Shown in pieces: positions 44,900 to 53,996 of a DNA stretch of 64,000 nt. The translations under genes and the position numbers were made by a program. The notes below the pieces were generated by a model that was given only the letters and a program-made list of their open reading frames with translations, was not told the DNA's origin and did not search any database. Origin of the DNA: an uncultured Hormoscilla sp. (lineage in GTDB: Bacteria > Cyanobacteriota > Cyanobacteriia > Cyanobacteriales > Desertifilaceae); NCBI GenBank assembly GCA_963921275.4, contig OZ001293.3, forward strand, positions 6,144,001-6,208,000, in the 5' to 3' direction. The stretch's first letter is position 1; every line of letters begins with the position of its first letter.

Positions 44900-45928
44900 A
44901 TGACAGATTACCAATTATCAATGGGACGCCGCAAATTGCTTGGGATAGGGGCGATCGCCCTCGGGAGTGGCCTGCTGACGGCTTGCAGCAATGGCAAGGA
45001 GAAAACGGAAGATGGTCTCGATCGGGTTGAGTATACCACAGACTGGTACGCTCAAGCGGAACATGGGGGTTTCTACCAAGCTGTAGCCACGGGAATTTAT
45101 CGAGAACATGGTCTGGATGCTACCATCAAAATGGGCGGACCGCAAGTCAATGGCACTCAATTGTTGATGGGCGGTGTGGTAGATTTCATGATGGGAAGTG
45201 GTGACGGTGCCATTATGGCTGTGGCAGAGGGGATTCCTAAAATTACAGTAGCAGCAATCTTTCAAAAACATCCCCGAGTTTTAATCGCCCATCCAGGGGT
45301 CAAGAACGACTCCCTGGAACAACTGAAGGGCAAGCCAATATTTGTTTCCGCAGGTCCGGTAGGCTATTGGTCATTTTTGCAGGCGAAATACGGGTTCACA
45401 GAAGACCAAAGACGTCCCTATAATTTTAATGTTAGTCCATTTTTGTTGGATAAAAATGCGGTGCAGCAAGGATACTTCTCTTCTGAACCTTTTACCGTGC
45501 AACAAGCAGGAGTTGAACCAGTAATTTTCTTGTTAGCAGATTCCGGTTACAATCCTTATGCTACTACTATAGATACTCAAATAGAATTGGTAGAAAAAAA
45601 ACCGGACTTGGTGCAGCGGTTTGTGGATGGGTCAATTAAAGGTTGGTATAGCTATCTGGAAAATCCGGTCCCAGGAAATGAACTGATTAAAAAAGATTAT
45701 CCCCAGATGACAGATAAATTGCTAGCCTATGGTTTCACGAAGATGAAAGAATATGGGATGGTGGACTCTGGAGATGCGAAAACCCTAGGAATAGGGGCGA
45801 TGACCGAGGAACGTTGGCAGTCGTTTTTTGATATCATGGTAGAAGCAGGTCTGTTAAAGCCAGATACTAACTACAAAAAAGTCTACACGCTGGAATTCGT
45901 CAACAAAGGAGTAAAATATTACCTGTAG
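44900..45928 (+). CDS. NMT1/THI5-like ABC substrate-binding lipoprotein
   Basis: RR plus LTAC lipobox; WYAQAEHGGFYQA; GGPQVN. Confidence 0.88.
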   Translation: MTDYQLSMGRRKLLGIGAIALGSGLLTACSNGKEKTEDGLDRVEYTTDWYAQAEHGGFYQAVATGIYREHGLDATIKMGGPQVNGTQLLMGGVVDFMMGSGDGAIMAVAEGIPKITVAAIFQKHPRVLIAHPGVKNDSLEQLKGKPIFVSAGPVGYWSFLQAKYGFTEDQRRPYNFNVSPFLLDKNAVQQGYFSSEPFTVQQAGVEPVIFLLADSGYNPYATTIDTQIELVEKKPDLVQRFVDGSIKGWYSYLENPVPGNELIKKDYPQMTDKLLAYGFTKMKEYGMVDSGDAKTLGIGAMTEERWQSFFDIMVEAGLLKPDTNYKKVYTLEFVNKGVKYYL

Positions 45929-45989
45929 GGTGGGCACCGCCCACCAGATATCGGGAAATAATTAACAATCAAAATTAAAATTAACAAAA

Positions 45990-46742
45990 ATGAGGGAAAA
46001 ACCAGCAATTTCTATAACTCATATAAACAAGGTTTACCGAAATGGAACGGTAGCTTTGCAAGACATGAGTATGGAGATAAAAGAATCTCAATTCGTGAGT
46101 TTATTGGGGCCTTCAGGGTGCGGCAAGAGTACGGTGCTGCGGCTGATTGCTGGATTGGAAAAGGCGAGTTATGGTAAGATAGAGTGGGGCGATCGCGCCT
46201 GGAACCAAAAGTTGGCATTCGTGTTTCAGGAAGCGGCCCTGATGCCCTGGGAAACGGTAAGGGAGAATGTCCGTTTGCCTTTGAAACTAGCAGGAAAATC
46301 TCAAAAAGAGTCAAGTAGAGCGGTACGGGAAGCATTAGATTTGGTAGGATTAAAGGGATGGGAACACAGCTATCCCCGCCAGTTGTCGGGGGGGATGAAA
46401 ATGCGAGTCTCGATCGCCCGGGCGCTGATTACGGAACCGATGGTATTATTAATGGACGAGCCGTTTGGGGCCCTGGATGAAATTACTCGGAGTAAACTGA
46501 ACGACGATCTGCTGTCTTTATGGAGTCAGAAACGCTGGATGATCGTGTTTGTCACCCATAATATTTATGAAGCGGTATATCTATCAAATCGGGTAATAGT
46601 CATGGCGGCCCGTCCGGGACGAGTGGTGGCAGATATCCCTATTGATGCCCCGTATCCGCGCACGGAAGAGTTTAGAACTTCCTCATTGTATAATAAATAT
46701 TGCCGTGAGGTGGCGCGTTGGTTGGCAGAAGCGATAAAGTAA
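45990..46742 (+). CDS. ABC ATPase (TauB/SsuB-like)
   Basis: GPSGCGKS, LSGGMKMR, MDEPFGALD. Confidence 0.93.
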   Translation: MREKPAISITHINKVYRNGTVALQDMSMEIKESQFVSLLGPSGCGKSTVLRLIAGLEKASYGKIEWGDRAWNQKLAFVFQEAALMPWETVRENVRLPLKLAGKSQKESSRAVREALDLVGLKGWEHSYPRQLSGGMKMRVSIARALITEPMVLLMDEPFGALDEITRSKLNDDLLSLWSQKRWMIVFVTHNIYEAVYLSNRVIVMAARPGRVVADIPIDAPYPRTEEFRTSSLYNKYCREVARWLAEAIK

Positions 46743-46743
46743 T

Positions 46744-47439
46744 ATGAGTAGAGTTACTATCCTCGAACCCGATCGATCCTATACTTTTCGCAGCTACTTC
46801 GAGATGGCCTACGAACCGGAGGACATTTTAGCTGAGTTGGGTTACTCTTTTGGGCGCAGGACTGTTAATTTACCCCAGTTTGAAGGGCCACTTGATCGCC
46901 TGGATAATCTAAAATCTAGAATAGCAGAAAGCTTGCCCTATGTCAGTCTGACTAGCGAGGCGGCGAGACGTGAATTGCTGATTGCGCCCATCTTGCTGGA
47001 TGTGCTACATTACACTCAGGCCCAGTTACGGATTGAATATCCCCTCAAGGTCAACGATCGACTCAAGGGGGATCTAGACTATTATCTGTATACTAGGAGT
47101 AGAATCTTGGTAGTAGAAGCGAAGAATGCTGATTTATCCAGGGGGTTTACGCAACTTGCTGTGGAACTAATCGCTTTAGATATCTGGACAGAGTCTGATG
47201 AACCTATGTTAACAGGCGCAGTATCGACGGGAGATATCTGGCAATTTGGACAGTGCGATCGCGCCCAAAAACAGATTACCCAAGATTTGAATTTGTATCG
47301 CGTTCCTTCTGACTTGGAACCATTGCTGAGAATTATCGTTGCGGTCCTGCGATTGCGCGGAGCGCACGCTACGCGATTGCGCGGAGCGCACGCTACGCGA
47401 TTGCGCGGAGCGCACGCTACGCGATTGGCATCTGACTGA
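46744..47439 (+). CDS. Hypothetical PD-(D/E)XK-like protein with a 24-bp x3 tandem-repeat tail
   Basis: SEAARRELLIAPIL, GDLDY, VVEAK, QLAVEL, STGDIWQF; tail RLRGAHAT x3. Confidence 0.75.
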   Translation: MSRVTILEPDRSYTFRSYFEMAYEPEDILAELGYSFGRRTVNLPQFEGPLDRLDNLKSRIAESLPYVSLTSEAARRELLIAPILLDVLHYTQAQLRIEYPLKVNDRLKGDLDYYLYTRSRILVVEAKNADLSRGFTQLAVELIALDIWTESDEPMLTGAVSTGDIWQFGQCDRAQKQITQDLNLYRVPSDLEPLLRIIVAVLRLRGAHATRLRGAHATRLRGAHATRLASD

Positions 47440-47447
47440 AGATAAAT

Positions 47448-48257
47448 ATGAACAATCGTTTCAATATAAACAAGCTATTTTCTCTTGACGTTATCGCCCC
47501 GGTTGTAGTGGGCATTATCGCCTTGCTAATCTGGGAAATCGGGGTGCGGGTCAGTGGAATCCCCTATTATTTACTGCCCAGTCCGTCATTGGTGCTGCAA
47601 ACCCTGATCAGTGACTGGAATGAATTGTTTGCTTCCCTGCTGATTACGCTGAAAATTACTGTGGTTGCCTTTGTTGTGGCAGCTATTTCGGGTTTGGCGA
47701 TCGCGATCTTATTTGCCCAGAGTAAGTGGATCGAACGCAGCTTTTTTCCCTACGCAGTGATTTTACAAACCATGCCCATTGTGGCGATCGCCCCTTTAAT
47801 CATCATCTGGTTGAGAGATAATACCTTTGGGGCCTTAGTCCTCTGTGCCTGGATAGTAGCATTCTTCCCGATCGTTTCCAATACTACCCTGGGACTGAAT
47901 ACGGTTGACTCTAACCTGAGCGACCTGTTTAAGCTATATAAAGCATCTCGCTGGCAAACTCTGCTATACTTGCGCTTGCCCAGTGCCTTGCCCTATTTCC
48001 TGGCTGGACTCAGGATTAGTGGTGGGTTATCATTGATCGGGGCAGTAGTGGCAGAATTTGTGGCCGGGACCGGAGGGGCCCGATCGGGACTGGCCTATCA
48101 AATTCTCAATGCTAGCTATAATCTCCAAATACCCCGCATGTTCGCCGCCCTGTTGCTGATTACCATGTTGGGGGTGATAATATTTGTGGTGTTGATGCTT
48201 GTCTCTGACTTGTTACTCCGAAACTGGCACGAAAGCGCGCTCGCCAAGGAACGATGA
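47448..48257 (+). CDS. ABC permease (TauC/SsuC-like)
   Basis: PIVAIAPL, LRLPSALPY, GAVVAEF. Confidence 0.92.
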   Translation: MNNRFNINKLFSLDVIAPVVVGIIALLIWEIGVRVSGIPYYLLPSPSLVLQTLISDWNELFASLLITLKITVVAFVVAAISGLAIAILFAQSKWIERSFFPYAVILQTMPIVAIAPLIIIWLRDNTFGALVLCAWIVAFFPIVSNTTLGLNTVDSNLSDLFKLYKASRWQTLLYLRLPSALPYFLAGLRISGGLSLIGAVVAEFVAGTGGARSGLAYQILNASYNLQIPRMFAALLLITMLGVIIFVVLMLVSDLLLRNWHESALAKER

Positions 48258-48334
48258 GTTCGGAGTTCACCAGATGTAGGGTGGGCATCGCCCACCGTTG
48301 AGCAAATTGAGCAAAAGTTAAGTGGGATCGATAT

Positions 48335-49660
48335 ATGCAATTTAATGACACGAAATACTGGTTAAAAAATGTTCGCGTACCGGCATCTTTGCTGGCAGAA
48401 GTGCCAGAAAATGCCGAGGGTACTTGGGAAGACTTGGTGATGGTCGATCTGGAAGTCAGAGATGGGGCGATCGGGCAAATAATTGCCAGCAGTCAGAGCC
48501 CAGAAACCGGAAATTTGCCCTATTATAATTTACGGGGCGGTCAACTATGGCCTTGTTTTGTAGATCTTCATACCCACCTGGATAAAGGACATGTCTGGGA
48601 TCGATCGCCCAACCCCGACGGCACCTTTAATAGCGCCATAGAAACTTGCCATCGCGATGCGGAACAATATTGGGACGCCGAAGATATCTATCGGCGGATG
48701 GAATTTGGGCTCAAATGCAGTTACGCCCACGGTACTAAAGCCATTAAAACCCATCTGGATTACCTTGGCAAGCATCTGCCTGATAGCTGGGAAGTTTTCA
48801 CAACCCTACGGGAAGAATGGCAAGATAAAATAATCCTGCAAGGGGTTTCTCTCCTAACGCTAGATATGTTTTTGACGCCAGAGGGAGAAAAATTAGCCGA
48901 CAAACTTGCGGAAATTGGCGGGATCGTGGGGGGAATGCCCCAGATGAATGCAGATTTAGACAAGCAGTTAGACCGGGTTTTTTCCCTGGCAACGGAACGG
49001 AATCTCGATCTAGATTTCCACACCGACGAAAGCGGGAACCCCGAGGCCATGACCGTCCGCCACGTAGCAGCAGCAGCCCTACGTCACCAATTCTCTGGTA
49101 AAATTATCTGCGGACATTGCTGTAGCTTGGCAGTACAGTCCCCAGAGGAAGTGAAGCAAACTTTGGAGTTGGTAAAAGAGGCGGGTATTGCAATTGTTAG
49201 CTTGCCCACGTGCAATCTTTACCTGCAAGACCGACAACCCGGTAGGACACCCCGCTGGCGAGGAGTGACTTTATTACAGGAAATCAAAGCTGCTGGTATT
49301 CCTGTAGCTTTAGCAAGTGATAATTGTCGCGACCCCTTCTACGGTTTTGGCGATCGCGATATGTTGGAAGTATTCACAATGGCAGTCCGCATCGGTCACC
49401 TAGACATGCCCTATGGTGACTGGCCGAGGGCAGTTACCTCCACCCCCGCTGACTTGATGAGATTGCCAGAAGTTGGGAAAATAGAAGAGGGTGGACCGGC
49501 AGATTTGATTCTGTTCAAAGGGCGGACCTATAGCGAACTACTCTCCCGTCGGCAGGGCGATCGCTTGGTCTTGCGCCGGGGGAAAGCAATCAATCGCACT
49601 TTACCAGATTATACAGGGTTAGACGATCTCACCGCCCGATCGGAATGCACGAACAATTAG
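48335..49660 (+). CDS. codA: Cytosine deaminase (amidohydrolase)
   Basis: DLHTHLDK, DFHTDES, GHCCSL, ASDNCRDPFY. Confidence 0.9.
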   Translation: MQFNDTKYWLKNVRVPASLLAEVPENAEGTWEDLVMVDLEVRDGAIGQIIASSQSPETGNLPYYNLRGGQLWPCFVDLHTHLDKGHVWDRSPNPDGTFNSAIETCHRDAEQYWDAEDIYRRMEFGLKCSYAHGTKAIKTHLDYLGKHLPDSWEVFTTLREEWQDKIILQGVSLLTLDMFLTPEGEKLADKLAEIGGIVGGMPQMNADLDKQLDRVFSLATERNLDLDFHTDESGNPEAMTVRHVAAAALRHQFSGKIICGHCCSLAVQSPEEVKQTLELVKEAGIAIVSLPTCNLYLQDRQPGRTPRWRGVTLLQEIKAAGIPVALASDNCRDPFYGFGDRDMLEVFTMAVRIGHLDMPYGDWPRAVTSTPADLMRLPEVGKIEEGGPADLILFKGRTYSELLSRRQGDRLVLRRGKAINRTLPDYTGLDDLTARSECTNN

Positions 49661-50188
49661 CAATTGGGCGACCCAGTCGCCCAGGGCTACACGCTACTTC
49701 GTATTGCAAGATGTAATTAATAACGATAGCACAGTATCTCAATCAAATTATTCAGTTGGTCTATTTCCCAACTATCTTCATTGTGAGAGATTGTGTCACA
49801 CTGTGTTATGGGCAAAAATAGACGCTCTTTGCAGTTTGTGAAATGTGCGATCGCGTATACTTGAGAACATCTTTGTGGCGAAAACAATCGTGAGGAAACG
49901 CGCTCGATGACAGTTCAACTTGCGCGACGCTTTCTTTACGTATATCAGCGCGTCACCAAGCAACAAATAATACAGAAAGTTAGGCGGCCATCAAGCCCTG
50001 GGTTAAGTTATCAACCAGTGATAAGCGACCTCTACGAAGGAGATATATGACTCGCTGTGCAGATTTTCTCTCGAACTCGCACTCGAAATCCATTATTGAC
50101 AAGGGTGGTCAGCAGATGGTAGTCGGAGAGGTTGATTGTGCCAGTTTGACGAGTATGATGTATAATAAAAGTAGATGGTAATCCAAAA

Positions 50189-50749
50189 GTGAGCGTATCT
50201 GCCATGAAGACTCTCGTAAAATGGTCTGTAGAAGACTATCATCACATGATCGAAACAGGGCTTTTGTCCGATCGCTCTGTAGAATTGTTAGCAGGTGAAA
50301 TTATAGAAATGAGTCCGGAAACTCCTATTCACTACAGCACAGCAAAGGAAAGTTCTAAATACTTAGAAAGATTGCTAGAAGGGGTTGCTGAGGTTCGTTT
50401 CAACGGACCAATTACTTTAGCAGACTCGGAACCAGAACCCGATATTGCCATTGTGCGGTTACCAGCATCTGTCTATAAAAAGCGTCACCCTCTTGCTGAC
50501 GACATATTTTGGATTATCGAGGTAGCTAAAACTAGCTTGAAAAAAGACTTGGATCTTAAATCTACTATCTACGCTAAGGCGGGTATTCAAGAATATTGGG
50601 TTTTAGATTTATCCGCCAAGCAGATGGCCGTGTTTAGAGATCCTCAAGATGGAAAGTATATCGCCAAACATACTCTTACAGGAGGAGAAATTACACCTCT
50701 TGCCTTTGGACAAATTAGAGTCTCGATCGAGAGACTTTTAAACGATTAA
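50189..50749 (+). CDS. Uma2 (DUF820) family protein
   Basis: WSVEDYH, SEPEPDI, IIEVAKTSL, YAKAGIQEYW. Confidence 0.9.
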   Translation: MSVSAMKTLVKWSVEDYHHMIETGLLSDRSVELLAGEIIEMSPETPIHYSTAKESSKYLERLLEGVAEVRFNGPITLADSEPEPDIAIVRLPASVYKKRHPLADDIFWIIEVAKTSLKKDLDLKSTIYAKAGIQEYWVLDLSAKQMAVFRDPQDGKYIAKHTLTGGEITPLAFGQIRVSIERLLND

Positions 50750-51182
50750 GAACGCTAAATAACTAACTAGAGTAAGCCGTCAGGAGTTGTGCAACTGGAA
50801 TTTTAGGGCTCAGCCCTTACCCTTTCCTCAAACTCCATTTTACTTCAGTACCCTTAACCCAACCTTTTATAAATCCCTCATCTGCGGCCCTTCCCATCGG
50901 CACCCATTGAGGCGGTTTGTTCGGAGGCTTCCGAAGCGATCGTATAGGGACCGACTCGGACCTTACAGTTGACCGACGGCGGATGAGGATCGCGGAGTTT
51001 CACCAATGCATTCGGTGGGTAGCGCCACCACAGGGCAGCAAGCATGGCGTGCATGGTCCGGCTACTCGAACCTTCGCCCGGGCGGGCTATATTACATGCA
51101 TCGTGCGATGCGGCTATCAACTACAAGTGAGCTACGATGCCTTCCGGACGCACGGCGAAAACCCGGAAGGCATCGCACCTGC

Positions 51183-51398
51183 GTCGGGCTTTAGCTCCCC
51201 CTTAGGGCCTTTTCCGTCACCGGTTGCAACTCGTGGGAGTAACTGTCCTACCGCACCGGGGTCGGGCTTTAGCTCCCCCTTAGGGCCTTTTCCGTCACCG
51301 GTTGCAACTCGTGGGAGTAACTGTCCTACCGCACCGGGGTCGGGCTTTAGCTCCCCCTTAGGGCCTTTTCGAGCACCGGTTGTAACTCGTGGGAGTAA
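51183..51398. repeat. 78-bp tandem repeat, about 2.8 copies
   Basis: Units start at 51183, 51261 and 51339 with GTCGGGCTTTAGCTCCCCCTTAGGGCC; open on both strands. Confidence 0.9.
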
Positions 51399-51650
51399 GG
51401 GTAGCGATCGACATGTAGTGATGGCACAACTACTAACCCGATAAACATTTGTTGTCATCATGCACAAAATACGTGGCTCCTCACATTTTAAGTTGACAGA
51501 AGAGCGCTCTTCTGTCACTCTAGGCCGAAGGCGAACCGAGAACGCTGCAATTCCCCTGACAATGGAGCCGATAGTGCTTGACGATCACCGATTAGAAGAG
51601 TTATAATCAGCCTGCGATGGAAGAGTGTAACAAATCAGGAGACAGAGGAA

Positions 51651-52070
51651 ATGGGCTACGTTTTTGCAGAAATAGAGTTAAGCAATCCCAGACAGCAAGA
51701 TTTAACCCCCTTGAACGTTAGGGCTTTGGCCGATACAGGTGCGCTGATGTGTATTCCCGAACATATTGCCCTTCAACTCAGCCTCGAAACAGAATCTTTT
51801 CGGGAAGTCTCGGTAGCAGACGGGAGAAAAATAAGAGTTCCCTATGTCGGCCCCATCAAAGTCGCTTTTGGGCAACGATTTTGCTATGTTGGGGCATTAG
51901 TCTTTGGTGATGAGGTACTGCTAGGTGCAGTGCCGATGGAAGATATGGACTTAGTCGTTAACCCTGGAGGTCAGGAAGTCACTGTTAACCCCAACAATCC
52001 CAATATACCACACGCACGAGTTAAGCTCACTAACCTATGCTCAATTGAGTTAACCCCCCGGAACGGGTAA
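51651..52070 (+). CDS. Clan AA (retropepsin-like) aspartic protease
   Basis: ALADTGA, VADGR, VLLGAVPMEDMDL; GAGG RBS. Confidence 0.85.
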   Translation: MGYVFAEIELSNPRQQDLTPLNVRALADTGALMCIPEHIALQLSLETESFREVSVADGRKIRVPYVGPIKVAFGQRFCYVGALVFGDEVLLGAVPMEDMDLVVNPGGQEVTVNPNNPNIPHARVKLTNLCSIELTPRNG

Positions 52071-52253
52071 AGCATCTATATGGGGGGAAAACTCGCAAGT
52101 CGCGGCCCGACAGATGTCTTCGTCCATGACTGCGATCGCGAGGTAGAAGCTATCTACAGTGACTACTTTCTCCACCCGGAAAACTTAGTTTACCAAGTCG
52201 ATCGCTTGCAGCACTACAAAATCGGGAGCAGAGTTTTCCAGATAGCTAATTGA
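52060..52253 (+). pseudogene. C-terminal fragment of a DUF579-like (polysaccharide methyltransferase) protein
   Basis: SIYMGGKLASRGPTDVFVHDCDREVEAIYSDYFL. Confidence 0.55.
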
Positions 52254-52276
52254 GAAGATTGAAAATTGATTCTTCA

Positions 52277-53536
52277 TTATCTACAGTTTTGAATTACCTC
52301 TGCCAAAGCTTTGAGATGTTCCTCTCCAGTAAATTTGCTGTTAATCAATTCTCGACCAGCATTAGCTAGGTTGCTGCGCAGTTCTTCATCATCCAAAAGG
52401 AGGGCGATCGCCTCTGACAGGGCCGCCGCATTATTCGGTTTCACCAGAATCCCTGTTTTTCCAGGAATAACCCAGGTATCAATTCCCCCCACAGCCGATG
52501 CTACCACAGCCGCACCATTCCGCAGCGCTTCCGCCGCCACAGTCCCCAAAGGTTCGCCCCAGATCGAAGGGACGACAACAATATCAGCTTCCCCGTAGAG
52601 GCGATCGACCTCTTCATAACTTAAATGTCCGAGATATTGGATGGAGATCCATGGATTCTTTGACTCTACCTGATAAACTAACTTCAGACAATCGGACCAG
52701 TAACTCTCATTTTCCACCACCCCGACAATTTTAAAGACAATTTTCTCCTTTACCTGGAGATAGCAGAGGGCTTCGATGGCCAAGTGCAGACCCTTTTCCC
52801 AAGTAATTCTGCCAGCCCAGGCGATCGCTGGCGCTGCGGCAGTCGAGCGCTGTATTCTCTTATTGCTGGGTCGCACCTGTCGAGGTAACACATATGTTTT
52901 CTCGGAAATATCCGGCAAATTCGCGATCAGAATCTCCTTCATAAACTCACTGATCACAACAATAGCGTCAACCCCGCCTAAGGATTTTAGCAGTGAGATC
53001 CGAGCCTCCAGGTCGCCATCGGCAAAATTTCTCTGGGCATGTCGCTTCACACAATCTCCCGCTGCGATATTGTCCAGACAGGCTTGTGAAAGCGGTTGAT
53101 AGCAAACGATATCTGCTTGATTTCTCCGGGCCCTTAACTCCGTTAAGCAGGTGGGGAAGTGGTCGTGAATGTACCATAAAATCAGGTACTTTCGGTCCGG
53201 TTGGTTTAAGGCTTGAATCACCCGCCCGTCGAAGATATTGTGAACGTAGACAAGATCGGGATTGATTTCTCTGACCGCATCCAGTACCCGATCGGGCACT
53301 TCAGCATCGCCATCCCGGTTACCCAGACCCGGAATAAATGTATGGGATATCTCCGAAGGCATGGTGCCGTGGACCCCATCATAAAGCAGATGAGAACTTA
53401 TCCCCATCGGCATCAGGAGTTGGGCAAGACTGATAATATATTCCTCCGTACCGCCAAACTTCCCCCCCTTCTCATTGATATGTAGAATGGAACGCACTCC
53501 TAATCGCGCGATCGTTTCTTGATTTTTTGTCATCAT
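52277..53536 (-). CDS. Glycosyltransferase family 4
   Basis: GGTEEY, GRITWEKG, PSIWGEPLGTVAAEA, SAVGG. Confidence 0.9.
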   Translation of the reverse strand: MMTKNQETIARLGVRSILHINEKGGKFGGTEEYIISLAQLLMPMGISSHLLYDGVHGTMPSEISHTFIPGLGNRDGDAEVPDRVLDAVREINPDLVYVHNIFDGRVIQALNQPDRKYLILWYIHDHFPTCLTELRARRNQADIVCYQPLSQACLDNIAAGDCVKRHAQRNFADGDLEARISLLKSLGGVDAIVVISEFMKEILIANLPDISEKTYVLPRQVRPSNKRIQRSTAAAPAIAWAGRITWEKGLHLAIEALCYLQVKEKIVFKIVGVVENESYWSDCLKLVYQVESKNPWISIQYLGHLSYEEVDRLYGEADIVVVPSIWGEPLGTVAAEALRNGAAVVASAVGGIDTWVIPGKTGILVKPNNAAALSEAIALLLDDEELRSNLANAGRELINSKFTGEEHLKALAEVIQNCR

Positions 53537-53996
53537 TCATCTGGTAGTGGTTGCCAAGTGGGCGATCTCAAACCTTCACCCTCTGGTATTCTATCAGCGA
53601 TGGCGTTCCTTGCCATTATTGGCCTATCGCGCAGGGGCAGATTGCTTCGTGCCTCGCAACAAGCTCCGGAGCGCTAGCGCTATCGGCTGTCATGTATATT
53701 CACCAATACCTTTAGTGACAACGGAGTGTGGTCAAAAGTAGTTGTATTAGTGGAGAACAGGGAACGGGGAACTCTTAACACCGAACCCTTGCCAACTGGT
53801 GCCAGGTCACGCCCGTTTCCCTCGTGACCTCAAAGCCGCAGTCGGAACTATAGGGGTGCGGTCATGCATTTGTTGCATTAGTAGAGCAATTTTAGACTCT
53901 CACCGGTAGCGGGCGCTCCCTCCCCAGCCTCCCCAATCGGCGCGGGGGGGAGCAACTTGCCCCCGGGGGGCTGGGGGGGCTCCTCTTACCAACGGG

